Source of the DNA: a virus
Length of the DNA: 64,000 nucleotides
IMG/VR virus record: IMGVR_UViG_3300032304_000763
Coordinates: 7,548 to 71,547 of that record
Direction: 5' to 3' (one strand)
Within the stretch, counting starts at the first letter, position 1. Every line of letters begins with the position of its first letter. The notes under the pieces were generated by a model. It was not told the origin of the DNA. It saw nothing but the letters and a program-made list of their open reading frames with translations, and did no database searches. The position numbers and the translations under genes are program-made. This document shows positions 38,012 to 47,548 of the stretch, in pieces.

Positions 38012-38451
38012 TGGCCAAGTTTGCTCAAGGGAGATTCACTATGAAGAATCCCGAAAAATATATTGGAAAGAAAATACCGTTGGCCCGCAGCTCATGGGAA
38101 TTTGTTTTTATGCGGATGCTCGATGAACACGAAGGTGTCGAAAAGTGGGCTAGTGAAAGTATACAAATACCCTACAGAGATCCCTTAACAGGCAAGTATA
38201 CCATATACGTTCCTGATTTCTTTATTGTCTACAACGATAAGTCTGGTAAAAAGCATGCCGAAGTTGTTGAAGTAAAACCCAGCAATCATACCTTTTTAGA
38301 AAAAGTAGGCAAGAGCCAATATAATCAACAGCAATATGTTAAAAATATGGCAAAGTGGGAAGCTGCTCACGCATGGTGTAAACAACAGGGTATTAAGTTT
38401 AGAGTAGTAAATGAAGATGATATTTTCCACAAAGGCTCTAAACGTAGATAA
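38011..38451 (+). CDS. gp4: Head completion nuclease (T4 gp4-like, TnsA-like PD-(D/E)xK fold)
   Basis: QGRF..KNPEKY.G......RSSWE...WASE...IPY......YVPDF...EVKP...N.AKWEAA..WC. Confidence 0.85.
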   Translation: MAKFAQGRFTMKNPEKYIGKKIPLARSSWEFVFMRMLDEHEGVEKWASESIQIPYRDPLTGKYTIYVPDFFIVYNDKSGKKHAEVVEVKPSNHTFLEKVGKSQYNQQQYVKNMAKWEAAHAWCKQQGIKFRVVNEDDIFHKGSKRR

Positions 38452-38459
38452 GTAGATAT

Positions 38460-38942
38460 ATGACCAAAAAGTTAGAAGAACTGTTTAATTTAGAAGAGTC
38501 TACTACTGTAGAGCCAGCAATCCCTGTGATAGAAGAATCTAAAGAAGAAGTACGTGATCTCGAAAGAAGTTACAGAGAAGTTGACACTATTGCTGGACAA
38601 TTACCTGCTATTGCTGACTTAGATTCCTTAGGTGAAAACGAACTAGATGCCCTTGCTAAAAAAGCAGAGGATGCCTATGACGATCTAATGGATCTAGGCA
38701 TGAACGTTGAAGTACGCTATAGTGGTCGTATTTTTGAAGTAGCAGGCACAATGCTGCGTAATGCTATTGATGCTAAGTCTGCTAAAATTGACAAAAAGCT
38801 AAAGGCTATTGACGCTAAACTTAAGAAGTTAAAAATAGACAGAGATGCTGGCGACGAAGATCCAAATAATATGCTAAACGGACAGGCATTTGTAATTACA
38901 GATCGCAACGAGCTCTTGAAAAAACTGCAAGGAAAGGAATAA
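38460..38942 (+). CDS. Putative terminase small subunit (gp16-like)
   Basis: Helical AYDDLMDLG......RIFEVA..ML.NAIDAK and C-terminal DRNELLK; close to terL. Confidence 0.5.
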   Translation: MTKKLEELFNLEESTTVEPAIPVIEESKEEVRDLERSYREVDTIAGQLPAIADLDSLGENELDALAKKAEDAYDDLMDLGMNVEVRYSGRIFEVAGTMLRNAIDAKSAKIDKKLKAIDAKLKKLKIDRDAGDEDPNNMLNGQAFVITDRNELLKKLQGKE

Positions 38943-38950
38943 ATACTGAT

Positions 38951-39514
38951 ATGAAAACATTTAAAGATTATCTTGCTGAAAGTAAAAAAACCTACGGTTT
39001 CCGTATTAAAGTTGCGGGTCCATTGCCTGAAGGATTTGAAGAAAAAGCCAAATCAAAGATGGGCAAATACGGGTGCGGTAAGTTTGAAAAAGTTGCCACT
39101 ACACCTATTCAAAAAACCGCATTGGAATTTTTAGATCTTTCAAACATTGAAGTTACAATATTTGAGTGCGAATGTGCTTATCCTGTAACACCACAACAAA
39201 TTCAAATCGATGTTCACGAATCAACAGGAACACCGAATACCCACCTTCGTGTAAGAAACGTTAACGATCCGCTTGAGCAAGCATTACCAGTTGAAGCTCC
39301 AGATGGAAAGTCTATTTTAAATGACAGCGATTTAAAATCTGCTGAAAAGATCAAACACAAAGAATTTTTTGGCAACGAGCACAATGCTTCTTTTATCAAA
39401 GAACTTGCTAAGACCAGCAAAGAAAGAGCCAAAGACAAGAATCAAGGCGAATATAAAATGCCTAAATCACCAAAACAAGACAAAGCCGGCACCAAGAGTG
39501 CCCTAGGGAGTTAA
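38951..39514 (+). CDS. Hypothetical protein, possible capsid-internal protein
   Basis: N-terminus MKTFKDYLAE; late promoter at 38940. Confidence 0.5.
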   Translation: MKTFKDYLAESKKTYGFRIKVAGPLPEGFEEKAKSKMGKYGCGKFEKVATTPIQKTALEFLDLSNIEVTIFECECAYPVTPQQIQIDVHESTGTPNTHLRVRNVNDPLEQALPVEAPDGKSILNDSDLKSAEKIKHKEFFGNEHNASFIKELAKTSKERAKDKNQGEYKMPKSPKQDKAGTKSALGS

Positions 39515-39515
39515 T

Positions 39516-40061
39516 ATGGATTTTAAAGCTATACTAGAAAAGATGGCCGAACTAGAAGCTAGTAAGGTATCAGAGGAGTGTGGCATGTCCATGACTCCAT
39601 CAACACCAAACGCACCACCTGCTACTCCACCATCGATGAGCATCAATCTAAATGCTCAAGGTTTGGACAGCATTGAATCTTTAATGAAATTGATCAGCAA
39701 AGTCAATCCAGATTCTCTTGGCGGTAATGTAAAAGAACCAACATTACCAATGATGACCACTGAGCCATCAATGGCTTCGTTGAGAGATAAGGTAATGGCT
39801 GCTCCGACAATTGGTATTTCTGATGGCGACATTGATCCTACTGATAACGACATTGATCCAGAACAAGAAGCGTTTGGTAATTCTCCAGAAGGTGCTTCGG
39901 GTCCAGAGATCAAACCATTGAGTGCTGCTATTCCAAACGGCGATGATCTACATCGCAAGAAAGGTCAGTATCCAGCAACACAACCAGGCGATAATCCAAT
40001 GGCTGTGGAAAGCATCAAAGCACAATTAGAAGCATTGTTGGCTGAGATCAAATCTAAATAA
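39516..40061 (+). CDS. Hypothetical low-complexity (Pro/acidic) protein, possibly prohead-associated
   Basis: GGAG SD; amphipathic helices at both termini. Confidence 0.5.
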   Translation: MDFKAILEKMAELEASKVSEECGMSMTPSTPNAPPATPPSMSINLNAQGLDSIESLMKLISKVNPDSLGGNVKEPTLPMMTTEPSMASLRDKVMAAPTIGISDGDIDPTDNDIDPEQEAFGNSPEGASGPEIKPLSAAIPNGDDLHRKKGQYPATQPGDNPMAVESIKAQLEALLAEIKSK

Positions 40062-40075
40062 TAATCAAAACGCTC

Positions 40076-40103
40076 AAATAGGCTCTTCGGAGCCTATTTT
40101 TTT
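40076..40103 (+). terminator. Rho-independent terminator with C(UUCG)G loop
   Basis: aaataggctc-ttcg-gagcctattt-tttt. Confidence 0.88.
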
Positions 40104-40117
40104 CAGTAAATAACAGT

Positions 40118-41704
40118 ATGGCAAAATCACTAGACGGTAATTTAATCAAGAAGGCCCATGCTCAAATCAAGTATACTCTTGAGGAAGTTAAGCACCTTGA
40201 AGCATGTATGGATCCAGTAACTGGTCCTCTCTATTTTGCTAGAAACTTTGTAAAAATTCAGCACCCTGTACGTGGTAGTATTCCTTTTGATATGTATGAT
40301 TATCAAGAAAAATTAATTGAATCATATCACGGTAACAAACAATGTATCGCAATGTTGCCTCGTCAGATGGGCAAGACAACCTGTGCCTGTGCGTATCTAT
40401 TATGGTACACTATGTTTGTGCCAGAAGCACAGGTGTTAATTGCTGCTCACAAATACGAAGGTGCTCAAGATATTATGAATCGTTATCGATTCGGCTACGA
40501 GAACTTGCCAGACTTTATTCGTGCTGGTGTTTATTCTTACAACAGAAACACCATTGAGTATGATAATGGTGCTCGTATACAGGCAGTAACAACAACAGAA
40601 AATACCGGTCGTGGTAAATCTCTTTCATTGATCTATTGCGATGAGTTTGCCTTCGTACAGCCACCAGAGAAAGCCAAAGAGTTCTGGACTGCGTTATCAC
40701 CAACACTATCAACTGGTGGTAAGTGTATTATTACATCAACACCAAACTCAGACGAAGACCAGTTTGCGTTAATCTGGACTGAAGCCAATAAAAAGTTTGA
40801 CGAACACGGCAACGAGCAACCACTAGGTCAAAACGGATTCTATTCATATTTTGCTCATTGGTCAGAACATCCAGACCGTGACGAAGCATGGGCAGCACAA
40901 GAAAGAAGTAAGATTGGCGAAGAACGCTTCCGCCGCGAGTTTGATTGCGAATTCTTGATCTTTGATGAAACTCTAATTAACGCTGTTAAACTAGCAGAAC
41001 TTAAAGGTGTTGAACCCACAATGACCATGGGTCAAACACGTTGGTACAAGGAAATTAATCCGCAGGCAACATATCTAGTAGCATTAGATCCTTCATTAGG
41101 TACAGGTGGTGACTACGGTGCTATTCAAGTTTTTGAAATGCCTAGTATGACACAGGTAGCAGAATGGCGACATAATTTAACGCCTATTCAAGCACAGGTC
41201 AAGCACATGCGAGAGATATTAAGATACATTGCTGAACGTGCTGCAGAATTAGGCGGAAATCCGCAGATTTATTATTCAGTAGAAAACAACACCCTAGGCG
41301 AGGCCGCACTAATAACAATCAGCGACCTAGGCGAAGAAAACTTCGCAGGATTATTCTTAAGTGAACCTATACGTAAAGGGCATGTACGTAAATTTCGCAA
41401 AGGATTTAACACCACGCACCGTAGTAAAGTCACTGCTTGTAGTCAACTTAAGAATATGATAGAGCAACATAAAATGGTAATTAAGTCTAAACCCTTAATT
41501 TCCGAACTAAAAACATTTGTAGCACACGGTGTTGGTTTTGGTGCTAAAACAGGTGAGCATGACGATTTGGTGTCGTCGACCCTACTAGTTATACGCATGG
41601 CTAGTGTTCTGGCAGATTGGGATCCGCAGATATATGAAAAAATGACGGAACGATTAACCGAAGATCAAATGCCCATGCCAATATACGTAACTTCAATATT
41701 CTAA
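40118..41704 (+). CDS. gp17: Terminase large subunit (T4 gp17-like)
   Basis: YQ Q-motif, PRQMGKTT Walker A, GRG.S...YCDEFAF, ITSTPN, LDPS.G.GGDY, SVENN, HDDLV. Confidence 0.95.
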   Translation: MAKSLDGNLIKKAHAQIKYTLEEVKHLEACMDPVTGPLYFARNFVKIQHPVRGSIPFDMYDYQEKLIESYHGNKQCIAMLPRQMGKTTCACAYLLWYTMFVPEAQVLIAAHKYEGAQDIMNRYRFGYENLPDFIRAGVYSYNRNTIEYDNGARIQAVTTTENTGRGKSLSLIYCDEFAFVQPPEKAKEFWTALSPTLSTGGKCIITSTPNSDEDQFALIWTEANKKFDEHGNEQPLGQNGFYSYFAHWSEHPDRDEAWAAQERSKIGEERFRREFDCEFLIFDETLINAVKLAELKGVEPTMTMGQTRWYKEINPQATYLVALDPSLGTGGDYGAIQVFEMPSMTQVAEWRHNLTPIQAQVKHMREILRYIAERAAELGGNPQIYYSVENNTLGEAALITISDLGEENFAGLFLSEPIRKGHVRKFRKGFNTTHRSKVTACSQLKNMIEQHKMVIKSKPLISELKTFVAHGVGFGAKTGEHDDLVSSTLLVIRMASVLADWDPQIYEKMTERLTEDQMPMPIYVTSIF

Positions 41705-41717
41705 GATAAATATAAAC

Positions 41718-43604
41718 ATGGAAGATAATATTAAAAGTGTTAGCACTGACCTATTCTACAAAGTTAGAAGCCGTTTTTCTGGCCTTAAATTAGGTACAGA
41801 AACTGGTGAAGTAACTATCAATCCCGAAGAAGCTGTATTCTTTGACTTTGACTACATGGAAGGACAAACTCCGGTTGGTCACGTAAGCATTAGTCTAGCA
41901 GAACCAGGAAACATGAAAGTTTACTACAGTACAGGGATCGCAGAAGATATGGATCCTGTACAAAAAGATACATGGTATGATTTTTTAAGAGGTCTTAGAG
42001 AATTTGCCAAACGTAGGTTAATGAGTTTTGATACACGCGATATTACTAAAGACAATCTAGATCAAAGAGACTTTGGTTTCTTAAGTCAATATGCTACTAC
42101 AACACCCGTTGGAGAGGGAATTATGAAAGAAGGAATAGGAATGTATGGTACTGCTAAAACCAGTTACCAAAAATTAGAAAATACTAGATTGATTATCAAA
42201 CATAATCAACAAGTAGATGAAACTAGCCCAGGTGCTAGAACTAGACATATCAATGCTATGTTTATTGAAAATGGCCAAGGCGAACGTTTTAAATATCCGT
42301 TCATCCATCTAGCAGGTGCTCGTGCTATGCAGAGACACGTTCAAGAAGGCGGGTTACCCTATGACGATATTGGCAAACACATTATTGGCATCAGTGAAAA
42401 AATTGCTCATCTAAAGAATTTTGGAAACTATGTTGTACGCAACGATCTTATGAATTCTGAAACAAATGAGATTGTTGGTCGTGCTCACGAGACATTAGAC
42501 AGTCTAAGAGAAACTATTAAAAAACTAGCTAAAAGATCACACTACGAACAATTTAAATCAGAGTTCCAGGCAGAAAATTTATCAGAAGTTCCTCAAGATT
42601 TTATCGAAGACCTAACTAACAAATTTACAGTTAAGAATTTCAAAGAAGACATTAAGGGAGTATTTCCTATCATTTATAGCTTAATGCAGGCCAACGAAGA
42701 AATACATTATGACGACATAGTCGCAATGACCCACTCGACTAACGAAGACGTTGAAATCGATTTAGACACCACAGACGAATTCGTAGATCCATTTAGTAAA
42801 TTTGAAGCATGGGCTATGAACCTAGGCGAAGACAATGCTATTACTAGTCAAGATGAAGAAGAAAAGGCAGCAGCCGTCGAAAAGTTACAGACATTAGTAG
42901 GACAGCATTTTCCAGCAGGCATAGACGGCCAAAACGCTATTGAAAGTTTAAAAGGCATTATTGATGATCCAAGACTAGCTCAGGAAATTAAAGCTACTGC
43001 TAACGAAGATGCTGATACCTGTGTGCGTCCGTTAGTTTATCAATGGTTACAAGATAACGCACCCGAAGTAGTTAATGAATTAGATTTCGGTGACATGGAT
43101 ATGCCTGATGCTGAATATGATGACGAAGGTGGCGACACTGATGACTCATATGCTCTAGCATCAGCAGGTCACGGATCTGATGAGGACTACGGTGATTATG
43201 GCAACGAATACGAAGCTAACGATCCTAATCATCCAGAATATAATAAAAAAGATGACTACGATTTACCGCCAAGCATGAGAGGCAAAGGTACAGACAAATA
43301 TCGTTTACCAGATACTGATAAACACGATGACAGACATGCTCGCGATTTCCGCAAGCGTACTGGACAAGAAGAATCTGTAAATATTCAAGAAGTAGCAGAA
43401 TTTATGTTTAGTTGTTACGACAAGGATTCTAGAACATTCCCTAGAGGTCCAGAAGGCGTTGTAACAATGGTAGGCAAAAAGTTTGGTGAACAGGCAGAAC
43501 AAGTAGCTCGTCAATTTGTAGAAAGAATGGCACCGCAACAAAATACACAAGTACCGCAGGTCAATGAACTAGCACGTATTAGAGAATTATCAGGCTTACA
43601 ATAA
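41718..43604 (+). CDS. Hypothetical 628-aa acidic protein (possible head/core component)
   Basis: Late promoter at 41707; acidic low-complexity tract; C-terminal ELARIRELSGL helix. Confidence 0.55.
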   Translation: MEDNIKSVSTDLFYKVRSRFSGLKLGTETGEVTINPEEAVFFDFDYMEGQTPVGHVSISLAEPGNMKVYYSTGIAEDMDPVQKDTWYDFLRGLREFAKRRLMSFDTRDITKDNLDQRDFGFLSQYATTTPVGEGIMKEGIGMYGTAKTSYQKLENTRLIIKHNQQVDETSPGARTRHINAMFIENGQGERFKYPFIHLAGARAMQRHVQEGGLPYDDIGKHIIGISEKIAHLKNFGNYVVRNDLMNSETNEIVGRAHETLDSLRETIKKLAKRSHYEQFKSEFQAENLSEVPQDFIEDLTNKFTVKNFKEDIKGVFPIIYSLMQANEEIHYDDIVAMTHSTNEDVEIDLDTTDEFVDPFSKFEAWAMNLGEDNAITSQDEEEKAAAVEKLQTLVGQHFPAGIDGQNAIESLKGIIDDPRLAQEIKATANEDADTCVRPLVYQWLQDNAPEVVNELDFGDMDMPDAEYDDEGGDTDDSYALASAGHGSDEDYGDYGNEYEANDPNHPEYNKKDDYDLPPSMRGKGTDKYRLPDTDKHDDRHARDFRKRTGQEESVNIQEVAEFMFSCYDKDSRTFPRGPEGVVTMVGKKFGEQAEQVARQFVERMAPQQNTQVPQVNELARIRELSGLQ

Positions 43605-43625
43605 ACAATTTTAGAGTAAAGATTT

Positions 43626-43649
43626 GGACACTTCGGTGTCCTTTCTTTT
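43626..43649 (+). terminator. Rho-independent terminator with C(UUCG)G loop
   Basis: ggacac-ttcg-gtgtcc-tttctttt. Confidence 0.85.
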
Positions 43650-43672
43650 GGTAAAAATATTTTAGAAAGAGG

Positions 43673-43701
43673 TTGCTCTTACTAAATAAATCACGCATAA
43701 T
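43673..43701 (+). promoter_or_regulatory. Overlapping sigma70-like and late promoters for gp32
   Basis: TTGCTC-N17-CATAAT with TAAATA (43683) inside the spacer. Confidence 0.5.
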
Positions 43702-43758
43702 AGTTGTTATGCGTAAGGCATATTACATTTTAAGGCATATTATAGGAGGCAATTTAAA

Positions 43759-44724
43759 ATGGCTACACTAGCAGAAATCCGAGCAAAACTTCAAGAATCA
43801 CAAGCAGGTCAAGGCGGCAAAACAAGCGGCGGCGACAACGCAATTTATCCCCACTGGAACATGGCAGAAGGTAAAGAAGCAACTATTCGTTTCTTACCAG
43901 ATGGAGATTCTAACAACACTTTCTTCTGGATTGAACGAGCAATGATCAAATTACCGTTCGCTGGAATCAAAGGTGATACCTCAAGCAAGCCAGTTCAAGT
44001 ACAAGTTCCATGTATGGAAATGTGGAACGAAACATGTCCAGTACTTTCTGAAGTACGTGGTTGGTTCAAGGATAAGAGTCTTGAAGACATGGGTCGTAAG
44101 TATTGGAAGAAGCGTTCATACCTTTTCCAAGGTTACGTTGTAAAGAATCCTATCTCGGAAGATACAACTCCAGAAAATCCAATCCGTAGATTTATCATCG
44201 GACCTCAGATTTATCAGATTATTAAATCTGCTTTGATGGATCCTGAGCTTAATGAGTTGCCAACAGATTTCAACCACGGTGTTGATTTCCGTATCGCAAA
44301 AACATCCAAGGGCGGTTACGCAGACTATTCTACTTCAAAGTGGAGCCGTGTTGAACGTGCTCTAAGCGATGAAGAACGCACAGCAGTTGAAACACATGGT
44401 CTCTTTAGTCTAAAAGATTTCCTTCCAAAGAAACCTACAGACGTAGAACTTAAAGTTATCAAAGAGATGTTCGAAGCATCTGTTGATGGCGAAGCCTACG
44501 ACATGGATCGTTGGGGTCAATACTTCAAACCAGCAGGTATGAGTCAAGCTACAGGTGATCCTGCCGCAAGACGTACTGAAGCTGTCGTTGATGAAGACGA
44601 ACCAGCGATAGTAGCAGCCCCAGTGGCATCATCTGCTCCTAAAGCAGAAGAACCAGCGGCTGCTGGCAATAACAGTAGAGCACAAGACATCCTAGCGATG
44701 ATCCGCTCACGTCAAAGCCAGTAA
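43759..44724 (+). CDS. gp32: Single-stranded DNA-binding protein (T4 gp32-like)
   Basis: IRFLPDG, C...W.E.CPV, YWKKRSY, GVDF.I.K..KGGYADY.TS.W; GGAGG SD; upstream of uvsX. Confidence 0.85.
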   Translation: MATLAEIRAKLQESQAGQGGKTSGGDNAIYPHWNMAEGKEATIRFLPDGDSNNTFFWIERAMIKLPFAGIKGDTSSKPVQVQVPCMEMWNETCPVLSEVRGWFKDKSLEDMGRKYWKKRSYLFQGYVVKNPISEDTTPENPIRRFIIGPQIYQIIKSALMDPELNELPTDFNHGVDFRIAKTSKGGYADYSTSKWSRVERALSDEERTAVETHGLFSLKDFLPKKPTDVELKVIKEMFEASVDGEAYDMDRWGQYFKPAGMSQATGDPAARRTEAVVDEDEPAIVAAPVASSAPKAEEPAAAGNNSRAQDILAMIRSRQSQ

Positions 44725-44732
44725 AAACTAGC

Positions 44733-44760
44733 TTAGAGAGGTGCTCCGGCATCTCTCTAA
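44733..44760 (+). terminator. Hairpin between gp32 and uvsX
   Basis: ttagagaggtgc-tccg-gcatctctctaa followed by tttcattt. Confidence 0.55.
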
Positions 44761-44785
44761 TTTCATTTCTGTAAGGACTATAATA

Positions 44786-45865
44786 ATGACAAAAGCATTT
44801 GATATATCAAAATTTAGAAAGTCTATTACTAAATCAATTGACGGTTTAAGTATTGGCTTTAATGACCCAACTGATTGGGTTAGTACAAACAACTACGCAT
44901 TAAACTATCTTATCAGCGGCGATTTTAATCGTGGTATTCCGTTGGGTAAGGTTACAGTATTCGCAGGTGAATCTGGAGCGGGCAAATCATTTATCTGTTC
45001 AGGTAACCTAGTTAAGAACGCACAAGCACAGGGCATTTTTCCAATCTTAATTGATACAGAAAACGCACTTGACGAAAAGTGGCTACACGCACTTGATGTT
45101 GATACAAGTCCAGATAAGTTGTTAAAACTTAACATGGCAATGATTGACGATGTGGCAAAAACTATTACAGAATTTGTTGCTGAATATAAAACAATGCCCG
45201 AAGATGAACGTCCAAAAATATTGTTCATTATTGACTCATTAGGCATGTTGCTAACCCCAACAGACGTTAATCAATTCCAAGCAGGTGATTTGAAAGGTGA
45301 CATGGGCCGTAAGCCTAAAGCATTAACAGCACTTGTACGTAATTGCGTTAACATGTTTGGTTCATTAGGTATTGGCTTAGTAGCAACTAATCACACATAC
45401 GCTTCACAAGATATGTTTGATCCAGATGACAAGATCAGCGGCGGCCAGGGTTTTATCTACGCCAGCTCTATTGTGGTTGCTATGCGTAAGTTAAAGTTAA
45501 AAACAGACGCAGATGGCAATAAGACCACAACAGTTAACGGTATTCGTGCTGCTTGTAAGATCATGAAAACTCGTTACGCAAAGCCATTTGAATCAGTACA
45601 GGTTGAGATTCCTTATGAAACAGGTATGAGTCCACATAGCGGATTAGTCGACCTGTTCGAAGCCAAAGGGCTGCTCAAGAAAGAAGGAAACAGCCTTGTC
45701 TATACTACCAAAGATGGCGAGATTATCAAACAGTTCCGCAAAGCCTGGGAACGAAATGAAAAAGATGGTCTTACTATCATGATGGAAGATATTTCAAAAC
45801 ATGGCGAAATCACCGCTTCAGAGATAACTAATAATGTTGAACCTGAAACGGAGACCCAAGAATGA
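44786..45865 (+). CDS. uvsX: RecA-like recombinase UvsX
   Basis: AGESGAGKS Walker A, IDTENA, IIDSLG, NHTY, SGGQGFIYASS, KTRYAKPF. Confidence 0.92.
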   Translation: MTKAFDISKFRKSITKSIDGLSIGFNDPTDWVSTNNYALNYLISGDFNRGIPLGKVTVFAGESGAGKSFICSGNLVKNAQAQGIFPILIDTENALDEKWLHALDVDTSPDKLLKLNMAMIDDVAKTITEFVAEYKTMPEDERPKILFIIDSLGMLLTPTDVNQFQAGDLKGDMGRKPKALTALVRNCVNMFGSLGIGLVATNHTYASQDMFDPDDKISGGQGFIYASSIVVAMRKLKLKTDADGNKTTTVNGIRAACKIMKTRYAKPFESVQVEIPYETGMSPHSGLVDLFEAKGLLKKEGNSLVYTTKDGEIIKQFRKAWERNEKDGLTIMMEDISKHGEITASEITNNVEPETETQE

Positions 45866-46101
45866 AAGAAGATTTAATTGCCGACCTGTGGAATGTAACT
45901 AGCGAGCATATTACAGAGAAACAAAAGAAAGACGTAGCGTTTGATTTTATTAATGTCTTACTGGATTACGGCATCAAGGAGACAGTACTGAGCAATATGC
46001 TAGGTATAGATCCATTTTTAGACGAAGCCATTGAGTATGCGTTAGACGCTGAAGATGAAGCAGAATACGAAGATAATGATTACTCAGAGGATGACGAGTG
46101 A
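45862..46101 (+). CDS. Hypothetical acidic protein
   Basis: ATGA-coupled between uvsX and uvsY. Confidence 0.6.
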   Translation: MKEDLIADLWNVTSEHITEKQKKDVAFDFINVLLDYGIKETVLSNMLGIDPFLDEAIEYALDAEDEAEYEDNDYSEDDE

Positions 46102-46553
46102 ATTGGTACGACAAGGTTAGTAAAGATATTTCAAACATTCCCGATGCTGCTGTTTTTTACGAAAGTGAACTTCAAGCAGCAAAGATTGAGTGTAAAATAT
46201 TTGGTAACATTGAAAAAGTATCAGCGGCAATGCCTGGTATTGTAGAGAATCGTTTTAATCAACTTCAAGAGATTGAAGCGATTCTCGAATATCTTAACAT
46301 TGAACTGCGTCGACTTAAGAGTCAGCATTTTCGTAAGTATTTAGAAAACTATCAACGAGCTTTATCTTCCAGAGACTGTGAAAAGTTTGTAGACGGTGAA
46401 GCCGACGTTGTAGACTTTGAAAAAATTATCAACGAATTTGCTTTACTTAGAAATAAATGGTTAGGTGTTATTAAAGCACTGGATCAAAAACAATGGCAAC
46501 TTACCAATATTGTAAAATTGCGTGTTGCTGGATTGGATGATGCTAATTTATGA
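46098..46553 (+). CDS. uvsY: Recombination mediator UvsY-like
   Basis: Helical protein with YLENY.RALSSRD.EK.VDGE..V...K.LD.K.WQL.NIVKLRVAG; next to uvsX. Confidence 0.75.
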   Translation: MNWYDKVSKDISNIPDAAVFYESELQAAKIECKIFGNIEKVSAAMPGIVENRFNQLQEIEAILEYLNIELRRLKSQHFRKYLENYQRALSSRDCEKFVDGEADVVDFEKIINEFALLRNKWLGVIKALDQKQWQLTNIVKLRVAGLDDANL

Positions 46554-47527
46554 ACATTTTAGTTACAGGTGGGTTGGGACTAATTGGTCACAACATTGTT
46601 AGAAAATTAAAAGATCAAGGACATGCTGTAATTGTCTATGATAATATGTCTAACTACGGTATTATCCCGCAAGCTGAATTAGATTATCTGTTAGATGAAA
46701 GAATCAAACTAATCGGTGATGTGCCAATTTTTAACAATGACATTGTTGACGAAGAAATGTTTGATTGGATATTGCCCAACTACAATATTGAAGCAATTAT
46801 TCATCTTGCTAGTTTTCCTAGACAGAAAGTAGTCAATGCTGATCCGGTATGGGGCAGTAATGTTATGAGTACTGGGCTATTGGTGCTATTGGAAAAAGCT
46901 GTAAAACACGGTGTAAAACGATTCACCTATGCTAGTTCCAGTATGGTCTACGGCGATTTTAAAGATTACGTAACAGAAGATGCCGTGTGCTGTCCACAAG
47001 GGCAATACGGTATTCTAAAACTAGCAGGCGAGTGGTTGGTTAAAGACTATACTCGCAAGCATGGTATTGAACATACTATTCTAAGACCCAGTGCTGTCTA
47101 TGGTCCATTGGATGTAGAAGATCGTGTTATTTCAAAATTCTTACTTACAGCTATGCGAGGCGAAACTCTCAAAGTCAACGGCAGCAGTGAGACATTAGAC
47201 TTTACCTACGTAGACGACGCCGCTAACGGATTTGTAGATGCTACTCTGTCGCCTGCCGCAGCCAACGGCACGTATAATATAACAAAAAGTCACAGTAAGA
47301 CTCTATTGTCGGCTGCTGAATTAGCTGTAAAGTTAGCGGGCAAAGGCAATATTGAAGTAAAAGAAAAAGACGTAGACTTTCCTAGTCGCGGAGCATTAGA
47401 TATCACTCGAGCACGTAGAGACTTTAATTTTAGCCCTAAAATAGATATCGACGAAGGGTTTGAAATCTATTATAATTGGCTGTTAACATCAGAATACTGG
47501 CAAGCCAATCTAAATCAATCACAATAA
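46550..47527 (+). CDS. NAD-dependent nucleotide-sugar epimerase/dehydratase
   Basis: ILVTGGLGLIG, ASSSMVYG, YGILK, RPSAVYGP, DFTYVDD. Confidence 0.9.
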   Translation: MNILVTGGLGLIGHNIVRKLKDQGHAVIVYDNMSNYGIIPQAELDYLLDERIKLIGDVPIFNNDIVDEEMFDWILPNYNIEAIIHLASFPRQKVVNADPVWGSNVMSTGLLVLLEKAVKHGVKRFTYASSSMVYGDFKDYVTEDAVCCPQGQYGILKLAGEWLVKDYTRKHGIEHTILRPSAVYGPLDVEDRVISKFLLTAMRGETLKVNGSSETLDFTYVDDAANGFVDATLSPAAANGTYNITKSHSKTLLSAAELAVKLAGKGNIEVKEKDVDFPSRGALDITRARRDFNFSPKIDIDEGFEIYYNWLLTSEYWQANLNQSQ

Positions 47528-47548
47528 AGTTAGCATATAAATAGTGCT

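Noticed and set aside
40118-41704. Intein or intron in terminase (also checked UvsX, UvsW, primase)
   Set aside because: Lengths and motif spacing are normal; no C...HN/C,S,T junctions or interruptions.
44741-44785. Upstream non-ATG start extensions given in the ORF track (also 24519, 30520, 31303, 32271, 32343, 48277, 48933, 55339, 61445)
   Set aside because: They run through promoters, hairpins or neighbouring genes; downstream ATGs with an SD, coupling or promoter spacing fit better.
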